Of a stretch of 64,000 nucleotides of DNA, positions 1 to 10,064 are shown piece by piece. The stretch's first letter is position 1; each line of letters begins with the position of its first letter. Source of the DNA: a bacterium (GTDB lineage Bacteria > SAR324 > NAC60-12). The notes beneath the pieces were generated by a model, which had not been told where the DNA came from, did no database searches, and saw only the letters and a program-made list of their open reading frames with translations. Both the position numbers and the translations under genes were made by a program. The stretch spans positions 224,001 through 288,000 of the forward strand of contig OZ242383.1 in the NCBI GenBank assembly GCA_965209155.1, read 5' to 3'.

Positions 1-1809
1 ATTCTTCGATTTCCCCTTCTGAAACGCTAAGATATAATGCTGGCGCAGTTTTTCCTGGAGACCGGAACTGCGATTCAAGCGTTTCCGAACAGCTTTTTTG
101 AATATCGACTCCTCTGTCCATAAAGTGACCGAAACCCTGGCACGAGTGATTCCCGTATATAACAGTTCGCCAGTGAGGATTTCGTTTTCAGAATCCGGCA
201 GTATTAACAGGATATTTTCGAATTCTGATCCCTGACTTTTATGCACGGTCATGGCAAATACCGTTTCGTGCTGCGGCAAGCGAGCGGGAGCAACAGCAAG
301 GTATCCATGACTCGATCCTTTCTTTTCTCTTTCAAAATAAACCAAACGCTGATTTTGACCAGGGTCTTGCCAAACAATTCCGATGTCTCCATTATATAAT
401 TGCAAATCGTAGTCATTGCGTAAAATCATCAAAGGGCGTCCCAGATACCAGTGACTGTCTTCCTCGATAGAGCCATCTTCTCTCAGAATCGTTTCCAGCA
501 GGCGATTGAGCGACCGGGATCCGTAAAGCCCTCTTTGCATGGGTGAGAGAACCATGAAGGTACGAAAAAAGGCAAACATGGTTTCCAGGGTTTTTGTCTG
601 TAAAGAAGAAAAGTAAGCCTTGTAAGCAGGAAGGACCGTATATTTGAGGTGTTCGCGGAGTAAAGAAGGTGCTGGCAGAGGACGACGCTTCAGCCCCTGT
701 TCGTCTTGCCGGAGAAGCTTCCAGGCCGCATTCTCGTCTATCCGATTGATCTCCTTGCTGAGCAGCCCAATCCCCTTTTGATCGTCAAAACGATGGCTTT
801 TCCGCAAATACGCGATACTCTCCCGAAGCATTTGCGGCTTTCCGGCAAATTCCTCACAAAGGTCTGCCAGAACCGATCCCGCTTCGACGGAAGTCAACTG
901 GTTTTTGTCTCCAAGTAAGATCAATCGTGCTTCAAGAGGTAGCGCATTTACCAGCTTGCTCATCAATGCCAGATCCATCATGGAAGCTTCATCCGCTATC
1001 AAGCATTCCAGTGGAAGGGGATGTAAGTGGTCATGATGAAAATAGACTGAATTTTTACGAGGTCCCAGCAAGCGATGGATCGTGGTGGCTTCTGAAGGGA
1101 GCAATGCGCTCTCTTCCCTGTTCAGCAAACCAGCACCTGCCAACTCATCTATTCCTCTCAAAACAGATTTTTTCAGGCGTGTTGCCGCCTTGCCGGTCGG
1201 AGCAACCATGGCAATCCTCATATTCGCGTCTTGTTGGATCAGCAGGGCCAGGATTTTTATTACGGTGGTAGTTTTCCCGGTTCCCGGTCCTCCGGATATG
1301 ATACAAAATCGTTGTCGAAGCGCTACTTCCGCTGCATTGCGCTGTAAGTTCTCCTCAGCATCAGAAAGAGGAAAAAGTTGCATCAATCCTGCTTGCAACA
1401 AAGATTCATCCAACAAGGGCGGTTTCTGAATACGGTGCAACAGTTGAGAAGCGAGCCGGTCTTCGTATTGCCAGTAACGATTCAAATAGAGGAGACTTCT
1501 ACTGCCTATCTCCTCCAGAATCAAAGGCGTCGCTGAACCCGGGGAGCCAACCACAATCGTTTTTTGCAGAATCCGCGTCCACTGGTATCGGGAGGGAATT
1601 TGAAAATCTTGAAATGCTTCGTCTTTGTTTACCATTATATGCTGCAAATCCAGACAAACATGACCCTGGGAAGCTTGCCGGCAGAGAAGGCCACTGGCCA
1701 CGTAGAGTTCCAGAGAATCCTGCCCGGCAAGTTGAAGCATTTTCTGGGCAAAGTGGTGCTCAAGGGCATCGAAGTGCATTAACCCGGATACTTGAGCGAT
1801 ATCTTTCAT
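1..1809 (-). CDS. recD: Exodeoxyribonuclease V subunit alpha (RecD), 3' end cut by the window edge
   Basis: Not in ORF track. Hand translation of segments of the frame starting at ATG 1809 gives GHVCLDL, LYLNRYWQYE, Walker A ISGGPGTGKTT, AMTVHKSQGSEF and ELLYTGITRAR; follows recB. Confidence 0.95.
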   Translation of the reverse strand, partial: MKDIAQVSGLMHFDALEHHFAQKMLQLAGQDSLELYVASGLLCRQASQGHVCLDLQHIMVNKDEAFQDFQIPSRYQWTRILQKTIVVGSPGSATPLILEEIGSRSLLYLNRYWQYEDRLASQLLHRIQKPPLLDESLLQAGLMQLFPLSDAEENLQRNAAEVALRQRFCIISGGPGTGKTTTVIKILALLIQQDANMRIAMVAPTGKAATRLKKSVLRGIDELAGAGLLNREESALLPSEATTIHRLLGPRKNSVYFHHDHLHPLPLECLIADEASMMDLALMSKLVNALPLEARLILLGDKNQLTSVEAGSVLADLCEEFAGKPQMLRESIAYLRKSHRFDDQKGIGLLSKEINRIDENAAWKLLRQDEQGLKRRPLPAPSLLREHLKYTVLPAYKAYFSSLQTKTLETMFAFFRTFMVLSPMQRGLYGSRSLNRLLETILREDGSIEEDSHWYLGRPLMILRNDYDLQLYNGDIGIVWQDPGQNQRLVYFEREKKGSSHGYLAVAPARLPQHETVFAMTVHKSQGSEFENILLILPDSENEILTGELLYTGITRARVSVTLWTEESIFKKAVRKRLNRSSGLQEKLRQHYILAFQKGKSKN

Positions 1810-1838
1810 CGTCTTGCTCTTTATTGAAAATTAAATTT

Positions 1839-4800
1839 CTACTCACCTTGAAATACGGCATCCAATTTTTCAATCACATCCGCCGAATCCGACAAAGAGT
1901 CATAGTAAATACCATAAAAGTCGTCGGCGTTGGATTGGATGCCTCGCAAAAAGAAATAGTAAACGCCACCGAAATGGTGAGCGAATCGATAGTCGGGCAA
2001 ACGATGTTTTAAGTATCGATGAAGGGCAACGGCGTAAATATAGTATTGTAAAACGTAGAAGTGCTTTTCCACCTCAATTTTCAGTAAATGCGGGGCATAA
2101 TCTTCTCGCTGATAACCCAGACGATTCGATTTCCAATCCAGAATATAGTAGCGTCCGTCGTAACTGAAGACCACATCCAGAAACCCTCTCATGAATCCCG
2201 GTAACGTGTTGAAATTCAATTGATGCAATGAACGGAGCAGCACCATTTGGCTTTCCGTTTGCTGGCATTCAGCAAGCAAGCTTATCAGACGATCTGCATC
2301 AAGAGACTCGATTGGGAAAAAAAAGGGCATTTCTTTAACGACGGATTGTTTACTGAGATCCGCCAGTACGAACGATGACTTAAATTTTGAGTTGCTTTGG
2401 TGACGGCTCTCTCCAGTCTGAAAAAGTGGAATTTTTTTATGAAACGTATCACGTGTCATTTGAAAAACAACGTCCATCCAATGTGAATTAAATCGATACT
2501 TCGCCAACTTTTCCTCGACTTTCTCCATAATTTTTTTCTCATCCTGCTCCTGAAAATCAAGTTGTTCAAAAAGTTCATGAAAACATTGCCCCGTGCCGGT
2601 CCCTGCTGGAAAATGCATTAAGCTCGAACCAGAGGATTCTTCCTTCAATGATTCATCTTCAAACAGCGACTCACCTGTTTCGATGATCGACATCTCCCCC
2701 TGATCATGGTCTTGTCCTGTCTCGAGTATACCGGAAGACGGATTTCGCAAGCGGGTGGAAAGGGCACTGAAACTGGTGACTTGCCATTGCCGCCTCAAAG
2801 ACTGTTGGAACGTTTCAAATTGCAACTCTCGGTTGTTGAATTCCATTGACTGAAAGTTTACCGCATTAACAGCGGAACTATCCCGTTCCGGAAGATGCGT
2901 CACTGCCACGGTACCACGCGAATCGTTTTCCAGTTTTTTCAATGAATCCCAAGCATTTCCACCTCCGAAAAGATGAGTTAAAGGGGAGTGTTTGGAATGA
3001 TTGATGTGGCCCCAGGCAAGATAGCAACAATACTTGGCCCGTGTCAACGCGACGTAGAACAGTCGCATATCTTCGGCTAAAGATTCCTCCAGACATTTTT
3101 TTTGGTGAATCTCTTTCTTTTCTAAATCCCAGAACAAATGACCTGATTCATCATGAAAAAAAATATCATTCGTCCTCCGTGTTCCCCAGGAAAACGGACA
3201 AAAGACGATAGGAAACTCCAACCCTTTACACGAATGGATAGTCAGAATTTTTAAGGCATCCTCATCGGTTTCCAGGCGGATCAGGTATTCTTCACGAGAT
3301 TCGGGAGTACCTCGCTCCATCTCATGAGCCCATTTCAACAGGCTCCTCATTCCACATTGGCCCTCACTTTCTGCCTGGTGCAACAATTCGATGACATGCA
3401 AGACGTTGGTCAACCTGCGTTCTCCATCGGGTAGAGCCAAAAGATTTTTATGAACTTCTTCTTTGTTGAGAAAGGCTCTCATCATCGGAAAAAATCCTTT
3501 GCTTTTCCATTGTTGATGATAGTCTGCCATCTGGCTTGCTATGCGATCCCAGAGTTTTTCCTCCCATGGCAGGGTTGGATCATTCGAACTGGAATCTTCG
3601 ACAAAAATGCGAGAAATTCTACTGCCAGAATATCCCATGATATCGGTGAGCAATGCTCCTTTCACGAGGGCGGGGTTATGGAATTCGGCGATAGCATGGG
3701 CGATCGTCAAGATTTCCCGATATTCGTCCGTTTGAAAAATACTGACCTGGGTTTTCAGGATACTGGAAATATTTTTTTGAGAAAGGGCATCCCTCATTTG
3801 TTCAGCCTCGCGATGAGTGCGTACCAAAACTGCAATGTCTGCCAGTTTAAGTGATTGAGACTGTTGTTTTGTCCGCAACATTGCTTCAGAAATTTCCCTC
3901 TCCTGGAAAGAGAGATTAGCGCTGAGATGTCGCGGGAAGGAGGTACGTATTATTTTGCCCGAGTCCAGTAAATGAATGATTTCTGCAACCGTCGCATCAA
4001 TGATCCGCTGTCGGGCTTCTGAAACTTTCACAGGCTTTTCCGCCTGAAGATACCAGATCTGCATGGGAATGACCGGTTCCCACTCGATATACAAAGAACG
4101 ATTCTCACTTTGTGATGCGCCTCGAGAGGCGAACCAAGGAATCGATTCATGGACGAATGGATGCTTCACAACCGAAAAAAGATGACCAATGGCCTCCACC
4201 AACCTGGGATCCGATCGCCAATTGACCGACAGGGTGAATTGCTGTCGCACTTCTTTTTTTGCTAGCAGGTAAGCATAGACGTCCGCACCACGAAAGCTAT
4301 AAATTGATTGCTTTGGATCGCCGATTAAAAAGAGATTTCCTTGCTTGAATAGAATGGAGAAAATTTCGTATTGAATGGGATCGGTGTCCTGAAATTCATC
4401 AATTAAAGCGACTGAGATTCGCCGGCGCACAAGTTGGGCAAGTGCCTGGCCGTTTTTTCTTTGCAGGGCCGAGTGGAAATCCTGCAATAAATCATCGAAA
4501 GAATAGACGTTCAAGACCCGCTTTTTTTCTTTCAAACGGGTTTTAGCCCATTGGAAATAATCCATCAAAATTGCGGATCTCAAGGAATTTTTTAAACGAT
4601 TAAAATTGTCACACTGTTCAAAAAATTCAGGGAGAGGAGTGTTCCCTGTGAATTTTTGTCGAATCTCACTGGATGTCAGCTTTGCAAGTCCAGCACAGGA
4701 GGTGAATGGGTCGTTGTCCTCAAAATACTGCCGGACCTGTTTGAAATATTTTGCTTGGAAGTCTCTACGCCAGATTTTATTTTCCAAGGTCCAACGGATA

Positions 4801-5552
4801 AGGAAATCCTCCTGGCGGTTCCAGGAAGATTGCAGGTATTGAAAAAGACGATTGACGTGCTCGAACACGGAAAACGGCCGTTGCTCGATATGTGGAAGAA
4901 ACTGCAGTCGGGAACGGGAAATGATTTTGTTGAATTCCTTGCTCAAATCTCCAGGTTCTTCAAAAAGTTCGAGGAACTCCCGACTGAAGTCAGGGCAGGT
5001 GGAATAAACCTGACCCCGCCAATAATCCTGGGCTGATTCTGCAATCAATGCTTCTTGACTGCTGAACACTTTCGCATCAAAAGAAGAGTTTGTTTCCAAG
5101 GCGAAGTCAGACAACATCTTATGACAGAAACCATGAATGGTTAGAATGGGAGCTTCGTCAAACGAGAACAGAGCTTGCTGTAGTCTGCACATCGCAGAAA
5201 TTCGTGATTTTCCTGAGTGACCTGATAGCTGCTTCAAAAAATATCGAAAGAAAGGTTCATCCGTATTTCCGGTTTGCAGTACAGAAAGCAATCGTTGGAT
5301 GGAGTCGGTGATACGAACCTTCAATTCCGCAGTGGCAGCTTCCGTGAAGGTCACCACCAGGATTTTTTCCACCGGAATAAATTTTTCAATCAAAAGGCGG
5401 AGATAGATACCAACAATTGCATAGGTCTTTCCCGTACCGGCACTGGCTTCAATCAGATTCAAACCTTGTAAGGGACAAGTTGTCAAATCCAATTCTTTCT
5501 CTGTCATTCTTTCCCCTGGTTTGTAAAATGGATCAGGTGGAATTCCTCTCAC
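1839..5552 (-). CDS. recB: Exodeoxyribonuclease V subunit beta (RecB); start may be ATG 5507
   Basis: EASAGTGKT, DEFQDTD, GDPKQSIYSFRGAD, YVALTRA and the C-terminal nuclease motif GFLD...DWKSN. Confidence 0.97.
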   Translation of the reverse strand: MRGIPPDPFYKPGERMTEKELDLTTCPLQGLNLIEASAGTGKTYAIVGIYLRLLIEKFIPVEKILVVTFTEAATAELKVRITDSIQRLLSVLQTGNTDEPFFRYFLKQLSGHSGKSRISAMCRLQQALFSFDEAPILTIHGFCHKMLSDFALETNSSFDAKVFSSQEALIAESAQDYWRGQVYSTCPDFSREFLELFEEPGDLSKEFNKIISRSRLQFLPHIEQRPFSVFEHVNRLFQYLQSSWNRQEDFLIRWTLENKIWRRDFQAKYFKQVRQYFEDNDPFTSCAGLAKLTSSEIRQKFTGNTPLPEFFEQCDNFNRLKNSLRSAILMDYFQWAKTRLKEKKRVLNVYSFDDLLQDFHSALQRKNGQALAQLVRRRISVALIDEFQDTDPIQYEIFSILFKQGNLFLIGDPKQSIYSFRGADVYAYLLAKKEVRQQFTLSVNWRSDPRLVEAIGHLFSVVKHPFVHESIPWFASRGASQSENRSLYIEWEPVIPMQIWYLQAEKPVKVSEARQRIIDATVAEIIHLLDSGKIIRTSFPRHLSANLSFQEREISEAMLRTKQQSQSLKLADIAVLVRTHREAEQMRDALSQKNISSILKTQVSIFQTDEYREILTIAHAIAEFHNPALVKGALLTDIMGYSGSRISRIFVEDSSSNDPTLPWEEKLWDRIASQMADYHQQWKSKGFFPMMRAFLNKEEVHKNLLALPDGERRLTNVLHVIELLHQAESEGQCGMRSLLKWAHEMERGTPESREEYLIRLETDEDALKILTIHSCKGLEFPIVFCPFSWGTRRTNDIFFHDESGHLFWDLEKKEIHQKKCLEESLAEDMRLFYVALTRAKYCCYLAWGHINHSKHSPLTHLFGGGNAWDSLKKLENDSRGTVAVTHLPERDSSAVNAVNFQSMEFNNRELQFETFQQSLRRQWQVTSFSALSTRLRNPSSGILETGQDHDQGEMSIIETGESLFEDESLKEESSGSSLMHFPAGTGTGQCFHELFEQLDFQEQDEKKIMEKVEEKLAKYRFNSHWMDVVFQMTRDTFHKKIPLFQTGESRHQSNSKFKSSFVLADLSKQSVVKEMPFFFPIESLDADRLISLLAECQQTESQMVLLRSLHQLNFNTLPGFMRGFLDVVFSYDGRYYILDWKSNRLGYQREDYAPHLLKIEVEKHFYVLQYYIYAVALHRYLKHRLPDYRFAHHFGGVYYFFLRGIQSNADDFYGIYYDSLSDSADVIEKLDAVFQGE

Positions 5553-5558
5553 AATAAT

Positions 5559-8500
5559 TCAGTCGATCGGGTGGGAACCCTCTTTTTGGTGAGAAAAAAC
5601 CGGATGCAGGATCTTCACGGTATTGCACTCAAAATCAGTTTCAGCAATCAAATCCAGGTGGGAGAAACATCGTTTGAAATAAAGATTGCTCGCCATTTCA
5701 CCAGGGAAGGGATCCTGGCCATACCATTTTTTACGAGCATTTTCCCGTGCCATTTCTCTGTTTCCCTGGATCCATGCTTTCATATACTCTCGCGCGCTTT
5801 CCGGGAAAAAAGCGTAGGGTCGTTGCCGTCCCTCTTTGTAGCATTTCAGTAAATCTTCCAGGTATCGTTTGGGAGCATCGATTTTCAAACTGGTGAAAAT
5901 TTCCGGTAATTTGTTCTTGTCGGCATTTTTTCCCATCAACACGGCGTTCGAACACTGTGCGGAACAATGCTGCAATATCAGTTGTTCCAGCCAAATCCTC
6001 AGACGGTCTTTTATTTTGATACGGGCAGGGCGAAAACGGATCAGCCCCTCCGGATAAATGTTCTCGATAGTCCCCTTTAAATGAATTCCGAGTAGTTGAA
6101 AATCATAGACGAAAGGTTCCAGGGGTTCGGCTCGCAAAAATTCATGTAAAGGCCGAACCAATTGCCAGGTTTCTTCTTCCATCTTTTGCCAACTTCGTTC
6201 TCCGGCATGACTGAGCGGAAGTTCTCCCTGAGCATGTATAATGCTTCGCAGATCATTGGTATTCCGGTTGCTCAATAACGTCTCCAGTTGCTGGCTTTGA
6301 ACGGCATATTTGCGGAGTGGATCCATTGCAAAAGGTTCGCATTCCTCAGAAAATTCCTCTTTCCCTTCCAAGTCGCAGCCCAGCCTTCGTTTAAGGAGAT
6401 ATTGCGCAGGCGCATTGAAAAAACTCAACAGTTCTTCCAGGTTGGTCTCCATGCAGGAAGTTTCGATTTCCGGCAGTTGAATGTCAAAGTCAATCCGCTT
6501 TTTTCGCCAGTCCGTGCCGGTATTACCCGGGACCAGTTGACTGGCAGCTTTCCAGTTGAGTTGAGAATAACTGAACAAGTCTTGACCTGCTTGAAAATTT
6601 CGAGGTGCAAAAGCTTGCAAAGAATGGTTGGTTAGAAATCGATTTTCAGACAATCCGTAATCTTGTTTCAGATAATGTATCAATTCACGAACAAGAGAAG
6701 AAGGAGGCAGAACTGCGTTGTCCCTTACTGCAAAGCCGAGATAGCTGATATAGAACACTTTTTGACAACAAAGCAGGGTTTCCAGAAACAAATATCCGTC
6801 TTCTTCCTTCATGCGATGGTCACCCAGAAGTCTGTTGTCGGCCATCAAGTCAAAGCTCAAAGGTGAATTCGCTCGTGGAAAGGCTTTGTCATTCATTCCC
6901 AACAATGCAATGACTTTGAAGGGAATACTGCGCATTGGCTGTAGTGAACAAAAGGTCGTGCCGTATCCGAGAAATCCTTTACTATTCAAGTCCCGCTCCA
7001 GCTCTGTTTCCAGTTGATTCGTGAGAATCTCGACTCCAACTTTTATGGACACTTCACATAATTCCGTAGTTTTCCTTAAATTTTCAGTAAATTTCTCTAA
7101 GAATCGCCATTCTTCTTCCCAAGGTTCTCCATCTGTAAAAAAATCTTCAAGGAGATTTTGGAGAAATTCCGCCCATTGTGGTAGAGTCCGTTTTTGCGAC
7201 AATGCCCCTTCGTCATCCCCCACCAGCATTTGCAGTTTTGAAAAAAATTCCAGGAATCGAGCAAACATCGAGGCAGACTCACCTTCAATGTCAGCAAAGG
7301 GAAGAATTCCGGCAAACAGAGTTTCGCCATCCCCGGGCATTGCATAGCCGAGCAAGATACGATCGATGCCAAATTGCCAGGTGTTTTCGTAGGTAGCTGG
7401 CGTTTCGAGTTGATTGCGAAAAGACGCATTTATTCCCCAACGCACATTGACTTGATTCAACCAATGGCGTAACAAAGCAATATCACTGAGAACCAGTTTA
7501 AAGCGTGCCCGGATCGCTTCGGACTCCAACAGGTCCAAAACTTCGTTCACGGTAAAACGACTTGCAGGCAGGCGTAGCAGTTGCAGAAGATATGAAATGA
7601 CTTGACTCGACTGTTCCAATCCCTGGTCTGCAATGGAATAAGGAAAAGATGCTTCGTCAGATCGTTGTCCATTCACTGCTGATGAAAACACCGCATGAAT
7701 GAAGGGTACGTATTCACCTATTTGAGGACTCATCACCAAAATATCATCAGGCGTCAGATCAGGATCTTGATCCAGAAGTCCCAGCAACCGGTCATGCAAC
7801 ACTTCCACTTCACGCATTCGGCTATGACAGGCATGAATTTGAAGCGAACGATCTTCATTGGAAATCGTCCACTTCCTTTCGTTATTTTCTAATTGAACTC
7901 CCGGCTTAAACATATCATTCTTCAACTCGGCCAGTAGTGCATATTCAGTGGGTTCGACAAACAATTTTTTCCCCAAACCAGCATTCCCTTCCAGATTTTT
8001 AAGAATTTTCCTCTCTTGTAAGAGCTGGATAAAATCACAACCGTATTGGCAGAGTTTCGCGAATAAATGGCGTTCATTTTCCATTCCTTCTCTTTCCTTA
8101 ACCGGTTTTTGGAAACGGGTAAAATGAGGACTGGAAATCAGAAAGAAAAAATGAATTTCTACAAAACGCTCCAGCGTTTTCAGAACTTCGACATGAAGCG
8201 GGGTCAGCGAAGAAATTCCGAAGATCGAAAGTCGTTCTGGTAATGCATGGTTTAGTGGACTCAACTGCTCAACCTGCCTGACTATGGATTGCCACAAGTA
8301 GGGTTTGTGTCGAGTGCGAACCGAGTGAGGAATGCTGTTCCATAGCGCTTGCTGCCAGTGGAACATTTCACCCTTCCCCTCGAGGGAGGGCTTCTCCCAT
8401 TGGAGGATCAATTCAGGACGGAAACACAAATATTGGTTGAACAAATAGGCGGTTTGTCCGGCAAGCTGCCACATTAGAAGGGAATTCTTTTCATTCAGAT

Positions 8501-8843
8501 AAGATTCCAATTTTTGGAAAGCCGGATCGTCTTTGCGCATCTGCAGTTTCTCAAATAGTAACCACGCCAAATGGTCAGCTTCCATCATTTTGGAAGCGTC
8601 GTAATCAGCATTCACTTGGGAAAATGCAAGATCGAGCAATTCATTTGGAAATAAATAGCGTGTATTGGCTTCTATATTATTTTTTTTTGCAAGCTGCAGT
8701 GAAATCCATCGCATCATACCTTGATGCTGCACCAGGATGTGTTCAGGTTGCAAAGCATTTTGCATAGGTTGCCTGACAACCTCGGCCAACGCCTCTATCA
8801 ATGCTTGCTGGTCATTGCTCGCATGGAAATGAATTTCTGCCAT
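5559..8843 (-). CDS. recC: Exodeoxyribonuclease V subunit gamma (RecC)
   Basis: 1094 aa with IHACHSRMREVEVL, PMRSIPFKVIALLGMND and PERLSIFGISSL motifs; adjacent to recB/recD. Confidence 0.96.
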   Translation of the reverse strand: MAEIHFHASNDQQALIEALAEVVRQPMQNALQPEHILVQHQGMMRWISLQLAKKNNIEANTRYLFPNELLDLAFSQVNADYDASKMMEADHLAWLLFEKLQMRKDDPAFQKLESYLNEKNSLLMWQLAGQTAYLFNQYLCFRPELILQWEKPSLEGKGEMFHWQQALWNSIPHSVRTRHKPYLWQSIVRQVEQLSPLNHALPERLSIFGISSLTPLHVEVLKTLERFVEIHFFFLISSPHFTRFQKPVKEREGMENERHLFAKLCQYGCDFIQLLQERKILKNLEGNAGLGKKLFVEPTEYALLAELKNDMFKPGVQLENNERKWTISNEDRSLQIHACHSRMREVEVLHDRLLGLLDQDPDLTPDDILVMSPQIGEYVPFIHAVFSSAVNGQRSDEASFPYSIADQGLEQSSQVISYLLQLLRLPASRFTVNEVLDLLESEAIRARFKLVLSDIALLRHWLNQVNVRWGINASFRNQLETPATYENTWQFGIDRILLGYAMPGDGETLFAGILPFADIEGESASMFARFLEFFSKLQMLVGDDEGALSQKRTLPQWAEFLQNLLEDFFTDGEPWEEEWRFLEKFTENLRKTTELCEVSIKVGVEILTNQLETELERDLNSKGFLGYGTTFCSLQPMRSIPFKVIALLGMNDKAFPRANSPLSFDLMADNRLLGDHRMKEEDGYLFLETLLCCQKVFYISYLGFAVRDNAVLPPSSLVRELIHYLKQDYGLSENRFLTNHSLQAFAPRNFQAGQDLFSYSQLNWKAASQLVPGNTGTDWRKKRIDFDIQLPEIETSCMETNLEELLSFFNAPAQYLLKRRLGCDLEGKEEFSEECEPFAMDPLRKYAVQSQQLETLLSNRNTNDLRSIIHAQGELPLSHAGERSWQKMEEETWQLVRPLHEFLRAEPLEPFVYDFQLLGIHLKGTIENIYPEGLIRFRPARIKIKDRLRIWLEQLILQHCSAQCSNAVLMGKNADKNKLPEIFTSLKIDAPKRYLEDLLKCYKEGRQRPYAFFPESAREYMKAWIQGNREMARENARKKWYGQDPFPGEMASNLYFKRCFSHLDLIAETDFECNTVKILHPVFSHQKEGSHPID

Positions 8844-8890
8844 CAGATTATTTCGGTCTCAAGAAGGGAAGGTAGGGACAATGACTCGAA

Positions 8891-9541
8891 TTAAAGCGAA
8901 TTTGCATGTGAATGGTTACGTTTCAATCGATCAATAGCGTCCAATAGATCATCCGCCCAGTATTGGGGTGCGCAATCGTATAGACCATCCCGCCCACCAT
9001 GCCCGGTACGGACCCCGATGGAAAACATACCCAAACGCTTCGCTACCTCAAAATCAGAGGTTTTGTCTCCAATGAACACGGTTTTTTTCATGTCCAATTG
9101 GTATTTGTGACTGGCCTGCTCAAATAGTAGCGTTCCGGGTTTGCGGCACTGGCAGGGATGACAAAGTTCTCGTACAAAACCTTCCTGCCAGTACGGAAAA
9201 TGGGGGCAATAAAAAAAATCGTCAATATGCGCATGCATGGCCGCCAGGGCATTCTTCAATTTCAATCCGGTCCGCGTGAAATTTTCTTCCGTCAATTGTC
9301 CTTTTGCAAAAGCCGCTTGATTGCTGACAACGATACAAAGCCTTCCCCATCGATTGATTTGATAAATCGCATGCAAACTGCGAGGAAAGGGATGGAATTG
9401 TTCTGGAAAGAGTATTGGTCCCGGTTCTTCATTGACGACGCCATCCCGGTCGATAAAAATTGCTTGCCACTGCGTCGTTTGGTCGATCGGATGGGAACCC
9501 CCGGGGAAAGAGGGGATTGACTCATTGGAACTTTTCAGCAT
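8891..9541 (-). CDS. gmhB: HAD-IIIA hydrolase, D-glycero-D-manno-heptose 1,7-bisphosphate phosphatase-like (start uncertain)
   Basis: AIFIDRDGV, VSNQ, CPH...CQCRKP and FIGD motifs. Confidence 0.8.
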   Translation of the reverse strand: MLKSSNESIPSFPGGSHPIDQTTQWQAIFIDRDGVVNEEPGPILFPEQFHPFPRSLHAIYQINRWGRLCIVVSNQAAFAKGQLTEENFTRTGLKLKNALAAMHAHIDDFFYCPHFPYWQEGFVRELCHPCQCRKPGTLLFEQASHKYQLDMKKTVFIGDKTSDFEVAKRLGMFSIGVRTGHGGRDGLYDCAPQYWADDLLDAIDRLKRNHSHANSL

Positions 9542-9860
9542 ACAATTCAGGATGGAAACCAACAATGAATTTGTTTTGCATGAGAAACGCCGGAGCTCTT
9601 AAGTTGCCACTCGGCCCCATCACTTGCTTCAAGATGGAGTTTTTATCATCGACTCGAGGATCAAAAGACAAGATTTTTTTTCCCTTTGCAACCGTGATTT
9701 GATCTGTAGTAATGAGAAGTTCCCAGGCTTTTTTTTCGCCATAGCGTTCTTTCCTGGCATCCGTGATTGCTTTGATTTGAATTTGTCTGGCATCAAGAAC
9801 CTCTTGCGCTCGCTTACAAGAGAGTCAATTTTTTCGAAGATAGGCCCAATCGATTTTCAT
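9522..9860 (-). CDS. ArsC/Spx-like thioredoxin-fold protein, probable selenoprotein (112 aa, UGA at codon 12)
   Basis: Hand translation MKIDWAYLRKN(TGA)LSCKRAQEVL...VAKGKK...MGPSGNLRAPAFLMQNKFIVGFHPELYAEKFQ*. TGA 9825-9827 sits in a UxxC position and the frame stays open for 100 more codons. Confidence 0.85.
9801..9822 (-). promoter_or_regulatory. Candidate bacterial SECIS hairpin
   Basis: 2 nt after the UGA: CUCUUG-U-AAGCGAGC-G-CAAGAG, a 6-bp stem plus a U-G pair and a G-containing loop. Confidence 0.55.
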
Positions 9861-10064
9861 ATTTCATACACCGGAAAAAAGTAAAGACCGTAAGGGTCCC
9901 AATTTAGCAGGTGAGACGCCCGCTTCACTGGTAAAATAAATTTTTATTCAACTCATGCGCGTAAAGAATCTAAAACGAACAGCGCCTTGGAATTGCAGAC
10001 ATCATCTGAATAATATGGCTGCGGGTCCCACCAGTGGCTGTCAACTAAAAGAAAGGATAAACCA

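Noticed and set aside
706..2012. Plus-strand ORFs in the track
   Set aside because: Antisense shadows of recD and recB.
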